64,000 nt of DNA, from sequence record PQ416618.1, one strand, 5' to 3'. The notes below the pieces were generated by a model that was not told the origin of the DNA, ran no database searches, and was given only the letters and a program-made list of their open reading frames with translations. Below are positions 42,922 to 53,696 of the stretch, one piece after another. The translations under genes and the position numbers were made by a program. This stretch comes from Escherichia phage vB_VIPECOMC06. Position 1 is the first letter of the stretch. Each line of letters opens with the position of its first letter.

Positions 42922-43191
42922 ATGTTTGTAGTTCATGATATTACAGATGGCAAAAACACAACGCGTGACTACGGTCACGTTAACATGTTCTTTCGAGACT
43001 GGCCATTGTTTCGTTCAGTAAAAGACGCAGAAATATTTAAAGAGTGTGTTGAACAAGGGTTCATCTACATTTCAGAATACTATGTTGAAGGACTCGGTAA
43101 ATGGATTACCACTTATCAGAAAACGCTGAAATCGCTTCTAGATGAAGTGGCTTATAATAGAACCGTAACCAAAATCGAGGACATCAAATGA
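42922..43191 (+). CDS. hypothetical small protein
   Basis: 89-aa ORF with AGGG SD. Confidence 0.5.
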   Translation: MFVVHDITDGKNTTRDYGHVNMFFRDWPLFRSVKDAEIFKECVEQGFIYISEYYVEGLGKWITTYQKTLKSLLDEVAYNRTVTKIEDIK

Positions 43192-44681
43192 TTTTAGATA
43201 TTTTAAACCAAATAGCTGCGATCGGTTCTACTAAAACAAAACAAGAAATCCTTAAGAAAAATAAGGACAACAAATTACTTGAACGTGTGTATCGTTTAAC
43301 ATATGCACGTGGTATCCAGTATTATATTAAGAAATGGCCGGGGCCAGGTGAAAGGTCTCAAGCATATGGTCTTCTTGAATTAGATGACATGTTGGATTTT
43401 ATTGAGTTCACATTAGCCACTCGTAAACTCACTGGTAATGCTGCAATTAAAGAGCTCATGGGTTATATCGCTGATGGTAAACCTGATGATGTAGAAGTCC
43501 TTCGACGTGTAATGATGCGCGACCTTGAAGTAGGTGCTTCAGTGTCTATCGCGAATAAGGTGTGGCCTGGACTTATTCAATTGCAACCACAGATGTTAGC
43601 ATCTGCATATGATGAGAAATTGATTACTAAAAATATTAAATGGCCTGCATTTGCCCAATTAAAAGCAGATGGTGCTCGTTGTTTCGCTGAAGTTCGCGAT
43701 GATGGTGTTCAATTCTTTTCTCGTGCCGGTAACGAATATCACGGTCTTACTCTATTAGCGGATGAACTAATGGAAATGACTAAAGAAGCTCGTGAAAGAC
43801 ACCCTAATGGGGTTTTAATCGACGGTGAATTAGTTTATCATTCATTTGATATTAAAAAGGCTGTGAGCTCAGGAAATGACCTGTCGTTCTTATTTGGTGA
43901 TAATGAAGAATCTGAAGAAGTACAAGTTGCAGACCGTAGCACTTCAAATGGTTTAGCAAATAAATCTCTTCAAGGGACTATTTCTCCTAAAGAAGCGGAA
44001 GGTATGGTTCTTCAAGCCTGGGACTATGTTCCTTTAGATGAAGTCTATTCTGATGGCAAAATTAAAGGTCAGAAATACGATGTTCGTTTTGCTGCTCTTG
44101 AAAATATGGCTGAAGGCTTTAAGCGAATTGAGCCAATTGAAAATCAGTTAGTTCGTAATCTTGATGAAGCTAAAGTGGTTTATAAAAAATATGTTGACCA
44201 AGGTCTTGAAGGTATTATCCTTAAAAACCGTGATTCATATTGGGAAAACAAACGCTCTAAGAACCTAATTAAATTTAAAGAAGTTATTGATATCGCTTTA
44301 GAAGTTGTAGGATACTATGAACACTCTAAAGACCCTAACAAATTAGGTGGTGTCGAACTCGTATCACGTTGTCGTCGTATTACAACCGATTGTGGTTCAG
44401 GGTTTAAAGATACAACTCATAAAACAGTTGACGGTGTAAAGGTTCTTATTCCTTTAGACGAGCGTCATGATTTAGACCGTGAACGATTAATGACCGAAGC
44501 TCGTGAAGGTAAATTAATTGGACGTATCGCTGATTGTGAATGTAATGGTTGGGTTCATTCTAAAGGCCGTGAAGGTACTGTAGGTATTTTCCTTCCAATT
44601 ATTAAAGGGTTCCGTTTTGATAAAACAGAAGCGGATTCGTTTGAAGACGTATTTGGACCGTGGTCCCAGACAGGTTTATAA
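43188..44681 (+). CDS. 30: ATP-dependent DNA ligase
   Basis: 497 aa; MILDILNQIAAIGSTK.KQ.IL.KNKDN.LL.RVYRLTY.RG.QYYIKKWP... and adenylation lysine motif FAQLKADGARCFAEV match T4 DNA ligase. Confidence 0.95.
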   Translation: MILDILNQIAAIGSTKTKQEILKKNKDNKLLERVYRLTYARGIQYYIKKWPGPGERSQAYGLLELDDMLDFIEFTLATRKLTGNAAIKELMGYIADGKPDDVEVLRRVMMRDLEVGASVSIANKVWPGLIQLQPQMLASAYDEKLITKNIKWPAFAQLKADGARCFAEVRDDGVQFFSRAGNEYHGLTLLADELMEMTKEARERHPNGVLIDGELVYHSFDIKKAVSSGNDLSFLFGDNEESEEVQVADRSTSNGLANKSLQGTISPKEAEGMVLQAWDYVPLDEVYSDGKIKGQKYDVRFAALENMAEGFKRIEPIENQLVRNLDEAKVVYKKYVDQGLEGIILKNRDSYWENKRSKNLIKFKEVIDIALEVVGYYEHSKDPNKLGGVELVSRCRRITTDCGSGFKDTTHKTVDGVKVLIPLDERHDLDRERLMTEAREGKLIGRIADCECNGWVHSKGREGTVGIFLPIIKGFRFDKTEADSFEDVFGPWSQTGL

Positions 44682-44869
44682 TGAAAGCTTATTTAGAAAC
44701 AGTTGTTGTAGCTAAGAAGGATGGTGGAGATGTTTCCACCTCTTGCTCTCAGATTATATTAGATTTTCCTAATGAAAATTCGTATCGGGTTTTCGTAGAT
44801 AACGTTAATGGGTACGAAAAAGGCCCCAATTTTGAAGTTTATCGCACTTTGCTCCCGATTGTAGATTAA
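44681..44869 (+). CDS. hypothetical small protein
   Basis: ATG overlapping gp30 stop (TAATG); 62 aa; followed by a terminator. Confidence 0.45.
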   Translation: MKAYLETVVVAKKDGGDVSTSCSQIILDFPNENSYRVFVDNVNGYEKGPNFEVYRTLLPIVD

Positions 44870-44888
44870 GAGCCTTCGGGCTCTTTTT
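44868..44888 (+). terminator. intrinsic terminator after gene 30 region
   Basis: AGAGCCTTCGGGCTCT hairpin followed by TTTTT. Confidence 0.8.
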
Positions 44889-44924
44889 GGCATAAATATA
44901 AATTATTACTAAAAGGAAAACACT

Positions 44925-47012
44925 ATGTCTGAACAATTAAATGAAGTGTTTGAATCTGAAGGCAGTCTTCCTGTCGTCAATTTGAACCCTAAAGCTAAAG
45001 TTCCACAAGTCTGGAAAATTGGTGATGTTGATACAAACATTGTAGTTCGCTTATTCTCTTACCTTTCTGAAGGCGATGCTGTAAAACAAGTTAAACTTGG
45101 CGACAAATACGCTCATGTTGTTATTATGAGTCTGTCTGAAAAGGGTAATCTCGCTGAATTGAAAAACGGCCTTGGTCCTGCTCCTATTGATGCAATCAAC
45201 ACCATTTTCAATACAGTATATGAACAAGTTAAAGCTCTTCGTATGGATGCAGTTCTGTTCCGATTCCCTACAAAGAAATTGAAAGGACGCGGACAACAAC
45301 TTCAAACTCTTCTTGCTCGTTTAGTTTCTACTAAAACCGGTGGTCGTTTTAAAGTATTGTCGGCAATGTATCAATTCACAGGTAAACACACCTATGTGAT
45401 GATGGTTCGTAAAAATGCTAACATTGAAGATATTAAAGGCATCCCTAACATTAACACAGAGTTGTACACGAAAGTTGATTCTGACGTTGGAGAAGTTTAT
45501 GTGAGTAAAAAGACTGGTGAAATGGTCACCAAAGAAACGGCTATCGCTGGTTCTATTGCTGCTGTAGAAGAAAAACGTAAAGATAAGCCTGTTATTGCTC
45601 GTACTAAAATTTCTCGTCGTGCTATTGCAGCAAGTCAATCTTTAGAAGCTGACCGCCAAGAAGGTGAGTTATTCCAGAAATACGAAAATTCTGCTAAAGA
45701 AGTTAGTGGCCCAGCTACAGCCGAATTACTTCCTGAAGCATATGAAATCGTACTAGCCCAAGCATCGTCCACAGCAAAAGGCACTTTAGTTGCTGATATC
45801 GAAAATAAGATTTATAATCGTATTGATGAATCCTTTAGATTTGCTGATGAAGTTTCTTATGGTAGTGTTATTAAACCAACTTTAGAAAAGTTTGCTAAGA
45901 AAATTAAAACTGAAAAAACAACATCTGTTAAAGCATTAGCTGCTTTTGTTGAAGCTGCAAATGAAATTGCAGACTCTATTAAAGACGAATGGTTTGAAGA
46001 TTTTAGACGTGATAATTTCCAACTGGCTGACGACGTTTTAGCTGAAGTATCTGAAAAAACTTGGAAACAACGTAAATCAGCGTTCTTGTCTAATGTGATG
46101 TATACTTATGCACGAGAATCGGCTAGAGGCACCTTTAATATAACAATGAATCGGGTCCCTAATCAATACTCTGTTGCTGAAAAACGAGCTATTCGTGAAT
46201 ATGCCTCTTCTGCGTATACTGATATCAATAATATGTTGTTAGGTCGTTATAAACCAGATTTTTACGATGTTGCAGATGAAGATGAAGTTAAACGCGCTAT
46301 TGATGGTCTTGATTCAGCGTTTTTAAATGGAGACCGTTTACCTGAAGGACTAACGTTATATAGAGCTCAGTCTATCAGAATGCCTATTTACGAAGCAATG
46401 GTTAAAAATAAGGTATTCTACTTCAGAAACTATGTTTCCACTTCACTAGCTCCTATTATTTTCGGTGGGTTTAAAGAGAACGTTGCCCTTGGACTTGCTC
46501 CTGAAGAAGTTCGCAAAGAGCTTAACATTGACAATAATGACGAAGGTGTTACTATTTCTCCTAGTCTGGTGCGTACCGCTATGCATGCACCAGACCAAAT
46601 CCGTGTTAACGTTGGATGGGCTATTGATGGCGCCCATAAAGTTAACGTGATTTATCCTGGACAGTTGAGTAATCACCCTAATGAGCAAGAAATTATTTTG
46701 CCTAGAGGTATTCTCTTGCAGATAAATAAAATTACAGATGCGTCATCTGACACCGGTGCAGGTTTAGAATCCAACCTTAAATTTATTCAAGCTGAAGTCA
46801 TGTCCTCAGACCAGTTGGACGAAGCTGTCATTTACGATGGTGATGTTCTCATGGAAACAGGCGAGGTGGTTGCTATGACTGGTGAAATCGAATCGGATGA
46901 GCCGGTATCGTTCTCTTCATTTGTAGAAAAAACTAGTGCTCCTAAAGGATTGAAATTGTTAGCATCTTTAATGGATTTAGAATCAGTTCCGTTTAAATTT
47001 GTCCAAGGATAG
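44925..47012 (+). CDS. alt: Alt ADP-ribosyltransferase (packaged, modifies host RNA polymerase)
   Basis: 695 aa; location after gene 30 and overall match to T4 Alt; ART-like Y..Y.R..S / STS region near residues 480-520. Confidence 0.85.
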   Translation: MSEQLNEVFESEGSLPVVNLNPKAKVPQVWKIGDVDTNIVVRLFSYLSEGDAVKQVKLGDKYAHVVIMSLSEKGNLAELKNGLGPAPIDAINTIFNTVYEQVKALRMDAVLFRFPTKKLKGRGQQLQTLLARLVSTKTGGRFKVLSAMYQFTGKHTYVMMVRKNANIEDIKGIPNINTELYTKVDSDVGEVYVSKKTGEMVTKETAIAGSIAAVEEKRKDKPVIARTKISRRAIAASQSLEADRQEGELFQKYENSAKEVSGPATAELLPEAYEIVLAQASSTAKGTLVADIENKIYNRIDESFRFADEVSYGSVIKPTLEKFAKKIKTEKTTSVKALAAFVEAANEIADSIKDEWFEDFRRDNFQLADDVLAEVSEKTWKQRKSAFLSNVMYTYARESARGTFNITMNRVPNQYSVAEKRAIREYASSAYTDINNMLLGRYKPDFYDVADEDEVKRAIDGLDSAFLNGDRLPEGLTLYRAQSIRMPIYEAMVKNKVFYFRNYVSTSLAPIIFGGFKENVALGLAPEEVRKELNIDNNDEGVTISPSLVRTAMHAPDQIRVNVGWAIDGAHKVNVIYPGQLSNHPNEQEIILPRGILLQINKITDASSDTGAGLESNLKFIQAEVMSSDQLDEAVIYDGDVLMETGEVVAMTGEIESDEPVSFSSFVEKTSAPKGLKLLASLMDLESVPFKFVQG

Positions 47013-47041
47013 TTTACAAACACATGGATGTGTGATACTAT
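47012..47041 (+). promoter_or_regulatory. T4-type early promoter
   Basis: GTTTACaaaCACATGgatGTGtgaTACTAT. Confidence 0.55.
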
Positions 47042-47070
47042 CATCCCATCAACAACATGAGGAAAACGTT

Positions 47071-47364
47071 ATGAAATCTATGCTTCGCTTTAATGGTCAA
47101 GAACTAGTAGTTGAAGATGTTATCCCAGCGGATGATGCTTTTAACGAAGCTGTGATTGACGAATTGAATCGAGTATTCCCAGGTGCATTCCATATTGCTA
47201 TGGAACCTCTTAAAAACTTTCGTGACCCTGAGCACACTGATCAAATTTTTGTCGGTGTAGTGACAGGTCATTTAGAAACAGAGGTACCAATGGTTGTATT
47301 AGTTAAATACTCTAAAGATGATACTCCATTCCGAGCACCAGCATTCCTTTCATTCCGTAAATAA
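47071..47364 (+). CDS. hypothetical protein
   Basis: ATG at 47071 with GAGGAAAA SD; the longer track ORF start overlaps an early promoter. Confidence 0.45.
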   Translation: MKSMLRFNGQELVVEDVIPADDAFNEAVIDELNRVFPGAFHIAMEPLKNFRDPEHTDQIFVGVVTGHLETEVPMVVLVKYSKDDTPFRAPAFLSFRK

Positions 47365-47373
47365 ACCCCTAAA

Positions 47374-47395
47374 GGGAGACGTTGTCTCCCTTTTT
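47374..47395 (+). terminator. terminator between convergent transcripts (alt region + / gp54 -)
   Basis: GGGAGACGTTGTCTCCC hairpin followed by TTTTT on + strand. Confidence 0.75.
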
Positions 47396-47397
47396 CC

Positions 47398-48360
47398 TTA
47401 TAGTCCTAAAACTCTTGACGCAGAATTCACAACACCTGTCAATGTGTTTATATTAGACACACCTCCAGCAGTCCCACCTAATCTAGAAAGTCTTGATACT
47501 GCACTTCCTAGACCAGAATCATTCTGATTATTTCCAAACATTCCTGAAACACTACTAATAAGTCCTGATTCCAGCCATTCTAAAGCAGCCTGTCTATTTA
47601 CAGCACCTGATTGCATAACGCGATAAGCAAATGTTACATCAAAAACTGTTATCTGATTATCACCATCATACGTTAACTCAGGAGAAGAGACACTAACAGG
47701 AATACATCCAGTGAACATGACAGCGGTATGTGGTAAACCATTTCGTGCATGTAAATTAACCTGAATATCTGCTTCGACGTCTTGTGGTAAAGCACGAAGA
47801 CCTGTTACAGGGTCTTGGACTGAGTTTACCCAGTCTTGCATTGCTCTAAAGTTAGATGCTTCTGAATCCATTCTAAAGCTTATTACTAACGGGTCCATTT
47901 CACGGCCGGTAATTCGGATGTTCGGTGAGTTATGGTTGAAATCTGTTTCATAAGATAATCGGTTCTCAGGCATTTTTACAGAATAAATCATTAAACCTGT
48001 ATTATTATATGCCATATTGAAGAAGTCTATCAGATAAGATCCTACTGTGAACTCGCCTAACAAGCTTTGTACCGTACGTTGACTCATTGCTCCAATCAGA
48101 TATTTACTTACACCCGATTTTCGAATTAATTTCTGTGTTCCTGCTGTAATCAGGGTTGTTACGCCCTGATTGATATCACCTTGAGTTAATCCTAACCAAT
48201 CGGAATCCAACCCTAAGTTATTATAAGCAAAACTACCAATTGACGAAATTAGTGAAGACGATTTGGTTGATGGTGTAGTAGCAAATACACAACTAAACAT
48301 ATTGTTTCGTTGGAAATCTGCATTTATAGCTTGGTTATTAAATTCTTCTAAAGAGTACAT
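47398..48360 (-). CDS. 54: gp54 baseplate tail tube initiator
   Basis: 320 aa; position and length in the 51-27-28-29-48-54 late cluster. Confidence 0.88.
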   Translation of the reverse strand: MYSLEEFNNQAINADFQRNNMFSCVFATTPSTKSSSLISSIGSFAYNNLGLDSDWLGLTQGDINQGVTTLITAGTQKLIRKSGVSKYLIGAMSQRTVQSLLGEFTVGSYLIDFFNMAYNNTGLMIYSVKMPENRLSYETDFNHNSPNIRITGREMDPLVISFRMDSEASNFRAMQDWVNSVQDPVTGLRALPQDVEADIQVNLHARNGLPHTAVMFTGCIPVSVSSPELTYDGDNQITVFDVTFAYRVMQSGAVNRQAALEWLESGLISSVSGMFGNNQNDSGLGSAVSRLSRLGGTAGGVSNINTLTGVVNSASRVLGL

Positions 48361-49469
48361 TAGAAAGTCCCCGCATAAAGTGAAGAACGGTTTAATGTAA
48401 TAATTTCTCGCATTGTTATCTCTAACGTAAATGTTGATGGTAAGTTAGGAGCAACAGCGAGACCATTAAATTGTCCATTTGGAGTTTTATCAAAACGTAC
48501 GCTTTGAATTTGGCATGGGCCAAATACGTCAGTTAATCCATCAAATTTAGACGTATAACCAAAGTTTTTAACCATCCAAATTGTAGGGTTGCTTACAACT
48601 AATACATTTGTTAATGACGCAGTAATCTTTTCAAACAATGTCTTATTTTTTACTGCATCATCAGGCGTCATAGGCTCAATAAACGTTGAACGGTACCATT
48701 CGTCTAAATAACTTTTAATCTCTTGGGCGTACTGTGATTTACCGGTCTCACCATATGAGAAATAGTTAAAATACTGGTAAATGTTTATAATAGCCATAAG
48801 GTCTTCAGTTGAACGTGGAGTTAAATCCCATGTAAAGACTTTAGTACGGTTCTCAGCACCGCCATACATACTACGAGAAGTCGTATAAATCTGTTCGTTA
48901 TTATCAGCCATAAGCCCTTGAGTAATAGAATCTAATGCACCAAAAACTGCAGTAGAAGCAATGTTACTTAAAACACCCGTAGCAGTACCTCCACCTTTAG
49001 TAATAAGGCTATCACCGATATCGTTAAAACGATGTGAAGTTGTATCAACGTCAGATTTGGAACGTGGCAAAAGTATATTAGCAACAGGAGTTTTATTTAT
49101 AGTAGGTTTATTAGCTCCGGCAGGAAGCAACCCATTAGAGAATTTAGTCACTGCATCTTTCACATTATCAGTTAAATCTGATATGATACCATTAGATGAA
49201 GTGCCGGCGTATGCCGGACGTAAATTCCTGAGGGATCCTGAATCTCGTGCAGACATATTGTACGCGGTAAATAATAACCCATTCTTATAAAGGTCTGTTA
49301 CCTGGAAGTCTCCTGTGGAGTCATTTCCGGCTGCTCTTCCTGTAGGAAATTGAGCAACATAAGTTTTAGTAGTTGTTTCGGTTTTAGTGCTTTGCCCAGC
49401 ACTTTCTGAGACTGGGATTGCTTTATTTAAATCCTTTGCATCTACTACTATTTCTTTTACACTAATCAT
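48360..49469 (-). CDS. 48: gp48 baseplate tail tube cap
   Basis: 369 aa; position in the conserved baseplate cluster. Confidence 0.88.
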   Translation of the reverse strand: MISVKEIVVDAKDLNKAIPVSESAGQSTKTETTTKTYVAQFPTGRAAGNDSTGDFQVTDLYKNGLLFTAYNMSARDSGSLRNLRPAYAGTSSNGIISDLTDNVKDAVTKFSNGLLPAGANKPTINKTPVANILLPRSKSDVDTTSHRFNDIGDSLITKGGGTATGVLSNIASTAVFGALDSITQGLMADNNEQIYTTSRSMYGGAENRTKVFTWDLTPRSTEDLMAIINIYQYFNYFSYGETGKSQYAQEIKSYLDEWYRSTFIEPMTPDDAVKNKTLFEKITASLTNVLVVSNPTIWMVKNFGYTSKFDGLTDVFGPCQIQSVRFDKTPNGQFNGLAVAPNLPSTFTLEITMREIITLNRSSLYAGTF

Positions 49470-49477
49470 AATAATCC

Positions 49478-51250
49478 TTAATTAACACCGGTGGCATGGA
49501 AAATTCCAGGAGCCGTTGTACTTGTTACAGGGGTCATATTCTGGACTACGGTATTCTTTTTGACGACATTATTTGTGTTACTAATCGCCGCTACCGGTTG
49601 CTGTTGTTTAGATTCAGAAGCACGTCCTTTCTCTATTGACTGAACTTGTTTTGCTTCAGGAGATTTAGTCGAAGATTCAGGCTTAACTGTCGTCTGAGCC
49701 TTTTTGGCTTCAGCCATTTTATTATTTAGCTTTTCAAATCTAGCATCTAATTCCTTTTTAACAACAGGAGTTTTATTAAGTTCAGGGTCTTTAATAAGTT
49801 TACTTAAATCAGCATAAGACTTCTCGACGTTTTTAGCATTTTCTGGATTAGTCATATCGATTTTATCGATATAATCCTCAAATCTAACCAGCGCCGCACG
49901 AGTTTCATTAGCTTTTATATACGCCTCTTTACGCTCCTCTTCAGGTAACTCTTTTAATTTTGCTGATTCCGCAGCACGCTCATCGCTTGTACTAAACTCT
50001 TCTTTATTGTCATTACCACGAACCCAGTTAGTAACGAATGTTTTGCCGCGTTGTAACATATCAAGACCTTTAGAAACGGTTCCTAATTCCCCATCGTCAC
50101 GCTTCATTTGATATTTAGCGACTTTCTCTTGGTCTTCTTTCTTTAATGTGTTCCCAGTAGTTTCTTGGAATCCTTCCAAAGCACGTCCTTCTATTTCGTC
50201 CGCAGTATCACCAAAACCTATAGCACGCAATATAGACGCGGAGAGTTTGGCCATTCCTAATTGAATTAGTTCACCTAAGTTCATTAATGCTGTTCCTACA
50301 CCTTTGACAATAGCAACGGTTAAACCACCCCAGTCTCCAGCTTCCCACAATTGTTTTATAGAGTCGATAGAAGTGAATATATCACTTAAGAATTTACCCC
50401 ACTCTTTAGCTTCATCGGAGAATTTAGTAAAGTTTTCATCAAATAAATCCCAGGCAGAAGTGAACTTGTCTGTCCAATATTTGAAATGGACTATCAATAA
50501 ATCAATACCGATAACAATACCAAGAATAAGTGCGGCCATTTTTGCTGCTTCAATAGCCGCCGTTATAGTGTATTTGAAAAGCATTCCAGCAATTCTGTCT
50601 GAAATTGATATTGATTTATTAAACCCGGCTTGAACTGTTTTGGTGAGCATTGCGATTTTATCGCTCAATTTAAAGCTAATTCCGCCTTTAGAATCGGAAG
50701 TAGAATTAGCACTTTCTTGAACCGGGGCCGGGAAGAAATCTTCGTCTGGCTTATTATCAATCTTTTCAGGTGTAGGTAATGCTTTAAACAGCTCATCATA
50801 AGTTTCATTCTCAACCACTTTAACAGGTATTGCGTTCTCAATTACTTCAAGAGAGGTGCCTCCTGTATTTTGAATAGCGGTAGATGTTTGTAATTTTTGC
50901 TCTAATAATGTAGCTAATCGGTCTAACTTAGAGCTTATTGCACTAGAAACTTCGTTTATACTTTTAGTGACTTCAGTTTGTTTTTCAATAACTTCTGCGA
51001 TAAGCTCTGTGCCTTCAGCAGTATTATCTGTCGAATTCTTTAAGTCTCCAATTGATTCAATAATTCCATTGCCTTTATCTTCTACACTTTGTGATGTGAG
51101 TTCAGACGCGGCTTGGACATCGTCTAGTTTTGATGAAATGTCATTCAATGCTTCTAATGAATCGGTAGCTGCTGTTGCAGCTACTTTTTGTGGTTTATTA
51201 TCGGCAATGACCTTATTTCTACGCATGGATTTCATTTCTTCAGGTTTCAT
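49478..51250 (-). CDS. 29: gp29 baseplate hub / tail length tape measure
   Basis: 590 aa; extended alpha-helical, Ala/Lys/Glu-rich protein at the T4 gp29 position. Confidence 0.88.
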   Translation of the reverse strand: MKPEEMKSMRRNKVIADNKPQKVAATAATDSLEALNDISSKLDDVQAASELTSQSVEDKGNGIIESIGDLKNSTDNTAEGTELIAEVIEKQTEVTKSINEVSSAISSKLDRLATLLEQKLQTSTAIQNTGGTSLEVIENAIPVKVVENETYDELFKALPTPEKIDNKPDEDFFPAPVQESANSTSDSKGGISFKLSDKIAMLTKTVQAGFNKSISISDRIAGMLFKYTITAAIEAAKMAALILGIVIGIDLLIVHFKYWTDKFTSAWDLFDENFTKFSDEAKEWGKFLSDIFTSIDSIKQLWEAGDWGGLTVAIVKGVGTALMNLGELIQLGMAKLSASILRAIGFGDTADEIEGRALEGFQETTGNTLKKEDQEKVAKYQMKRDDGELGTVSKGLDMLQRGKTFVTNWVRGNDNKEEFSTSDERAAESAKLKELPEEERKEAYIKANETRAALVRFEDYIDKIDMTNPENAKNVEKSYADLSKLIKDPELNKTPVVKKELDARFEKLNNKMAEAKKAQTTVKPESSTKSPEAKQVQSIEKGRASESKQQQPVAAISNTNNVVKKNTVVQNMTPVTSTTAPGIFHATGVN

Positions 51251-51780
51251 TCAAGCAATCCAATAATTTCTGCTATACCCTTAATAGGGCCATTAGGGCC
51301 TGGAATAGCAATAGTTGTCGAAAGGTCTTCTGCCCATTTGATTACAAAAGCAGGCATCTCAAGGAAAGAAATTTCTTTCTCTTCGTCATTAACTTTTATT
51401 AAGCAATTTGATAGCATTTCACTGATTGTAGCGAATTGTTCAAATTTGCCTGGAGGTCTAAAATAAAAAGTATTACCTTGAAATTGGAATTCTGTTCGTT
51501 GGCATACATAGACGTCATCTAGTTTATAAGTGAATCCATCTTTTTCAACTTCAGACTTAAGTTTGTTATTAAATTCCAATATGTGTAGACATGCAAAATC
51601 AAAATCTGCGGGACTCATATTTTTACAAATAGAATCAGCTAAGATTTTCATGTTTTCGTCAGGACCTTTAACGTCCTTTAAAAGATTATAATGTTTGAGC
51701 CCTAATTTAGGAATCATTACCTTTTTATTAGACTGTGGTAGAATTATTTTCTTTAGAGGTAGAATCAGATTTAAGTTCAT
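51247..51780 (-). CDS. 28: gp28 baseplate hub distal subunit
   Basis: 177 aa; position; the 5' end overlaps gp27 3' end by about 50 nt, so the true start may be internal. Confidence 0.8.
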   Translation of the reverse strand: MNLNLILPLKKIILPQSNKKVMIPKLGLKHYNLLKDVKGPDENMKILADSICKNMSPADFDFACLHILEFNNKLKSEVEKDGFTYKLDDVYVCQRTEFQFQGNTFYFRPPGKFEQFATISEMLSNCLIKVNDEEKEISFLEMPAFVIKWAEDLSTTIAIPGPNGPIKGIAEIIGLLE

Positions 51781-52900
51781 TTTTAACCTTAACCGGGTTA
51801 ACAGGTTCTAACACCATTGAGTTGGTAAACATATACAGATGAGTTTGTGAGTTGTTATTTGATAACTCATGAATAACTTCATCCACGTAAAATTCGGATT
51901 TGAATTGGTTCTTTTGGTCAACAAATATAATTTTAGTAGCAGGCGTTATGTTAAAATTACCTGTAGTAGTGCATTTAGCATATCCGTCATATTGAGCCAT
52001 TGTCTGAAGACGACTTGCTTCTTCAAATCCATTACGATAGGTCATTTCAGAATATCCACCAGATCTTGACACAAGAATAGCGTTATCACCGTCGCCTGTA
52101 ACAATAACCGGAATAGATGTATCTAAAAATGAATGAGCGAATATCGTGGCGTTTTTAATAGGGTCTCTTGTAAATTGGTTAGCTTTAGTCATCCAGGTGA
52201 AATCCCATACTAATGGATACTCAAGCTCTTGAATATACTGACCTACAGTATTTGGCTCGCCTACAATCATCTTAATGCCTTCCTGACCAATAAGAGTATC
52301 ATAGTCAATCATGTTTACGCCTAAAATATCTTGCCATACGAATACGAACTTATCACTCGCTGTAGCAAGTCCTAATTCTCTGACATATGCCAAATAATCA
52401 TCAAATGTGCTTGTCCAAGGAATATCAGGAACATAAGCATTAATAGTGTTTATTGGCGGAGTAATTAACGTACGGTCTTTATATATGACACCTAACATTT
52501 CACGTATAGATTCTCCTGCATCTGAGAAGAATGGACGCCCAAATTTAAGGTTCTCTATAGAATGTATTGTTCCAAGCTCAATTGCAATAATATTGTCACC
52601 TTTTGAGTCCACAGACACAGAATAATGTCTACATCCATAAATTCGAGTTCTAACTTGGAGAGGTGTGTTTGAATTTGAAACAGAGATTTGGACTATCTGT
52701 CTACCATCCATTTTAGTGTGGATGTTTTTAGTGTCATAAAATTGAAGAATCCCTTCATTTCTTCCATATAGCGAATCTCGCATTGTTAAAGTTGTTATTG
52801 TTGCTGCGAGTTCAACGTATCTATTTTCTTGCCAAGCCGAATAATCTTGATATAATTTAACGCTTAAGTTAGGATATCCTGGACGTTGGAATACTGTCAT
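51728..52900 (-). CDS. 27: gp27 baseplate hub subunit
   Basis: 390 aa; position and length. Confidence 0.88.
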   Translation of the reverse strand: MTVFQRPGYPNLSVKLYQDYSAWQENRYVELAATITTLTMRDSLYGRNEGILQFYDTKNIHTKMDGRQIVQISVSNSNTPLQVRTRIYGCRHYSVSVDSKGDNIIAIELGTIHSIENLKFGRPFFSDAGESIREMLGVIYKDRTLITPPINTINAYVPDIPWTSTFDDYLAYVRELGLATASDKFVFVWQDILGVNMIDYDTLIGQEGIKMIVGEPNTVGQYIQELEYPLVWDFTWMTKANQFTRDPIKNATIFAHSFLDTSIPVIVTGDGDNAILVSRSGGYSEMTYRNGFEEASRLQTMAQYDGYAKCTTTGNFNITPATKIIFVDQKNQFKSEFYVDEVIHELSNNNSQTHLYMFTNSMVLEPVNPVKVKNELKSDSTSKENNSTTV

Positions 52901-53649
52901 TTTTTATGGTCCTTTTCTACTAATGTTAAAGCAATACCACGTTCAACAGGAATCATTTGCATAATAGAATCCAATGTGTATTGACTCTTTACTAGTGAAT
53001 GGTTTATCTGATAGAATGTAAAAATCTCATCAGGGTTAACTAACAATTTAAAAACCTCTAAGATATCAGTATATGTTTTAACATGACGTTCACAACAACC
53101 TAATCTAAGGGTCAAATTAATAGGGTTCATAGAAGCAATAACCTTCTCGAGCGAGTCAATGTCTATTGCTTCTATTACTTGGATTTGGTTCTCTTCAGTC
53201 AAATCATTCCATGGGTACCATTCATCATTATAATATATTTCCTTTATGTTTTCACTTATCATTAATGCTTTATTGTCATAAAACTTTTCAGGGAAAGAAA
53301 AACGTATTTTTATACCAGCAACATCAAGTTCAGGTTCGACTAGTTCTTTTTGATATATCTCAAATGGTGCAGTTTTTTCTTTAGAGCATTTAGGGCAAGT
53401 GAAAATAACGGGAACTTTTGTTTTGCCTATAGAGCCTGCAAAAACTTGCAGGAATATAAATGGTTGCCATGTTTTAGGGTACTCGCCAAAATAATCATCA
53501 ATCAGATCGGCAATTATTTCTTTTTGTTCTTGCGGCGAACGATGTTCGATATCATTTCTAACTAGTAAAAAGTCTCTATAATCCGCCACAGTGAACGGCT
53601 TAAAACGATGAACACCATCCGGTAATTTACAACGAATTATATTAGCCAT
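52897..53649 (-). CDS. 51: gp51 baseplate hub assembly catalyst
   Basis: 250 aa; divergent from gp26 with shared late promoter region. Confidence 0.85.
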   Translation of the reverse strand: MANIIRCKLPDGVHRFKPFTVADYRDFLLVRNDIEHRSPQEQKEIIADLIDDYFGEYPKTWQPFIFLQVFAGSIGKTKVPVIFTCPKCSKEKTAPFEIYQKELVEPELDVAGIKIRFSFPEKFYDNKALMISENIKEIYYNDEWYPWNDLTEENQIQVIEAIDIDSLEKVIASMNPINLTLRLGCCERHVKTYTDILEVFKLLVNPDEIFTFYQINHSLVKSQYTLDSIMQMIPVERGIALTLVEKDHKK

Positions 53650-53665
53650 AATTACTCCTTTTCTA

Positions 53666-53677
53666 TTATTTATAAAT
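53666..53677. promoter_or_regulatory. overlapping divergent late promoters (gene 51 on -, gene 26 on +)
   Basis: TATTTATAAATA contains TATAAATA on both strands. Confidence 0.65.
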
Positions 53678-53696
53678 ACACAATAAAGGAGTTAAC

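Noticed and set aside
45051-45638. - strand ORFs within alt
   Set aside because: Antisense to alt; low-complexity translations.
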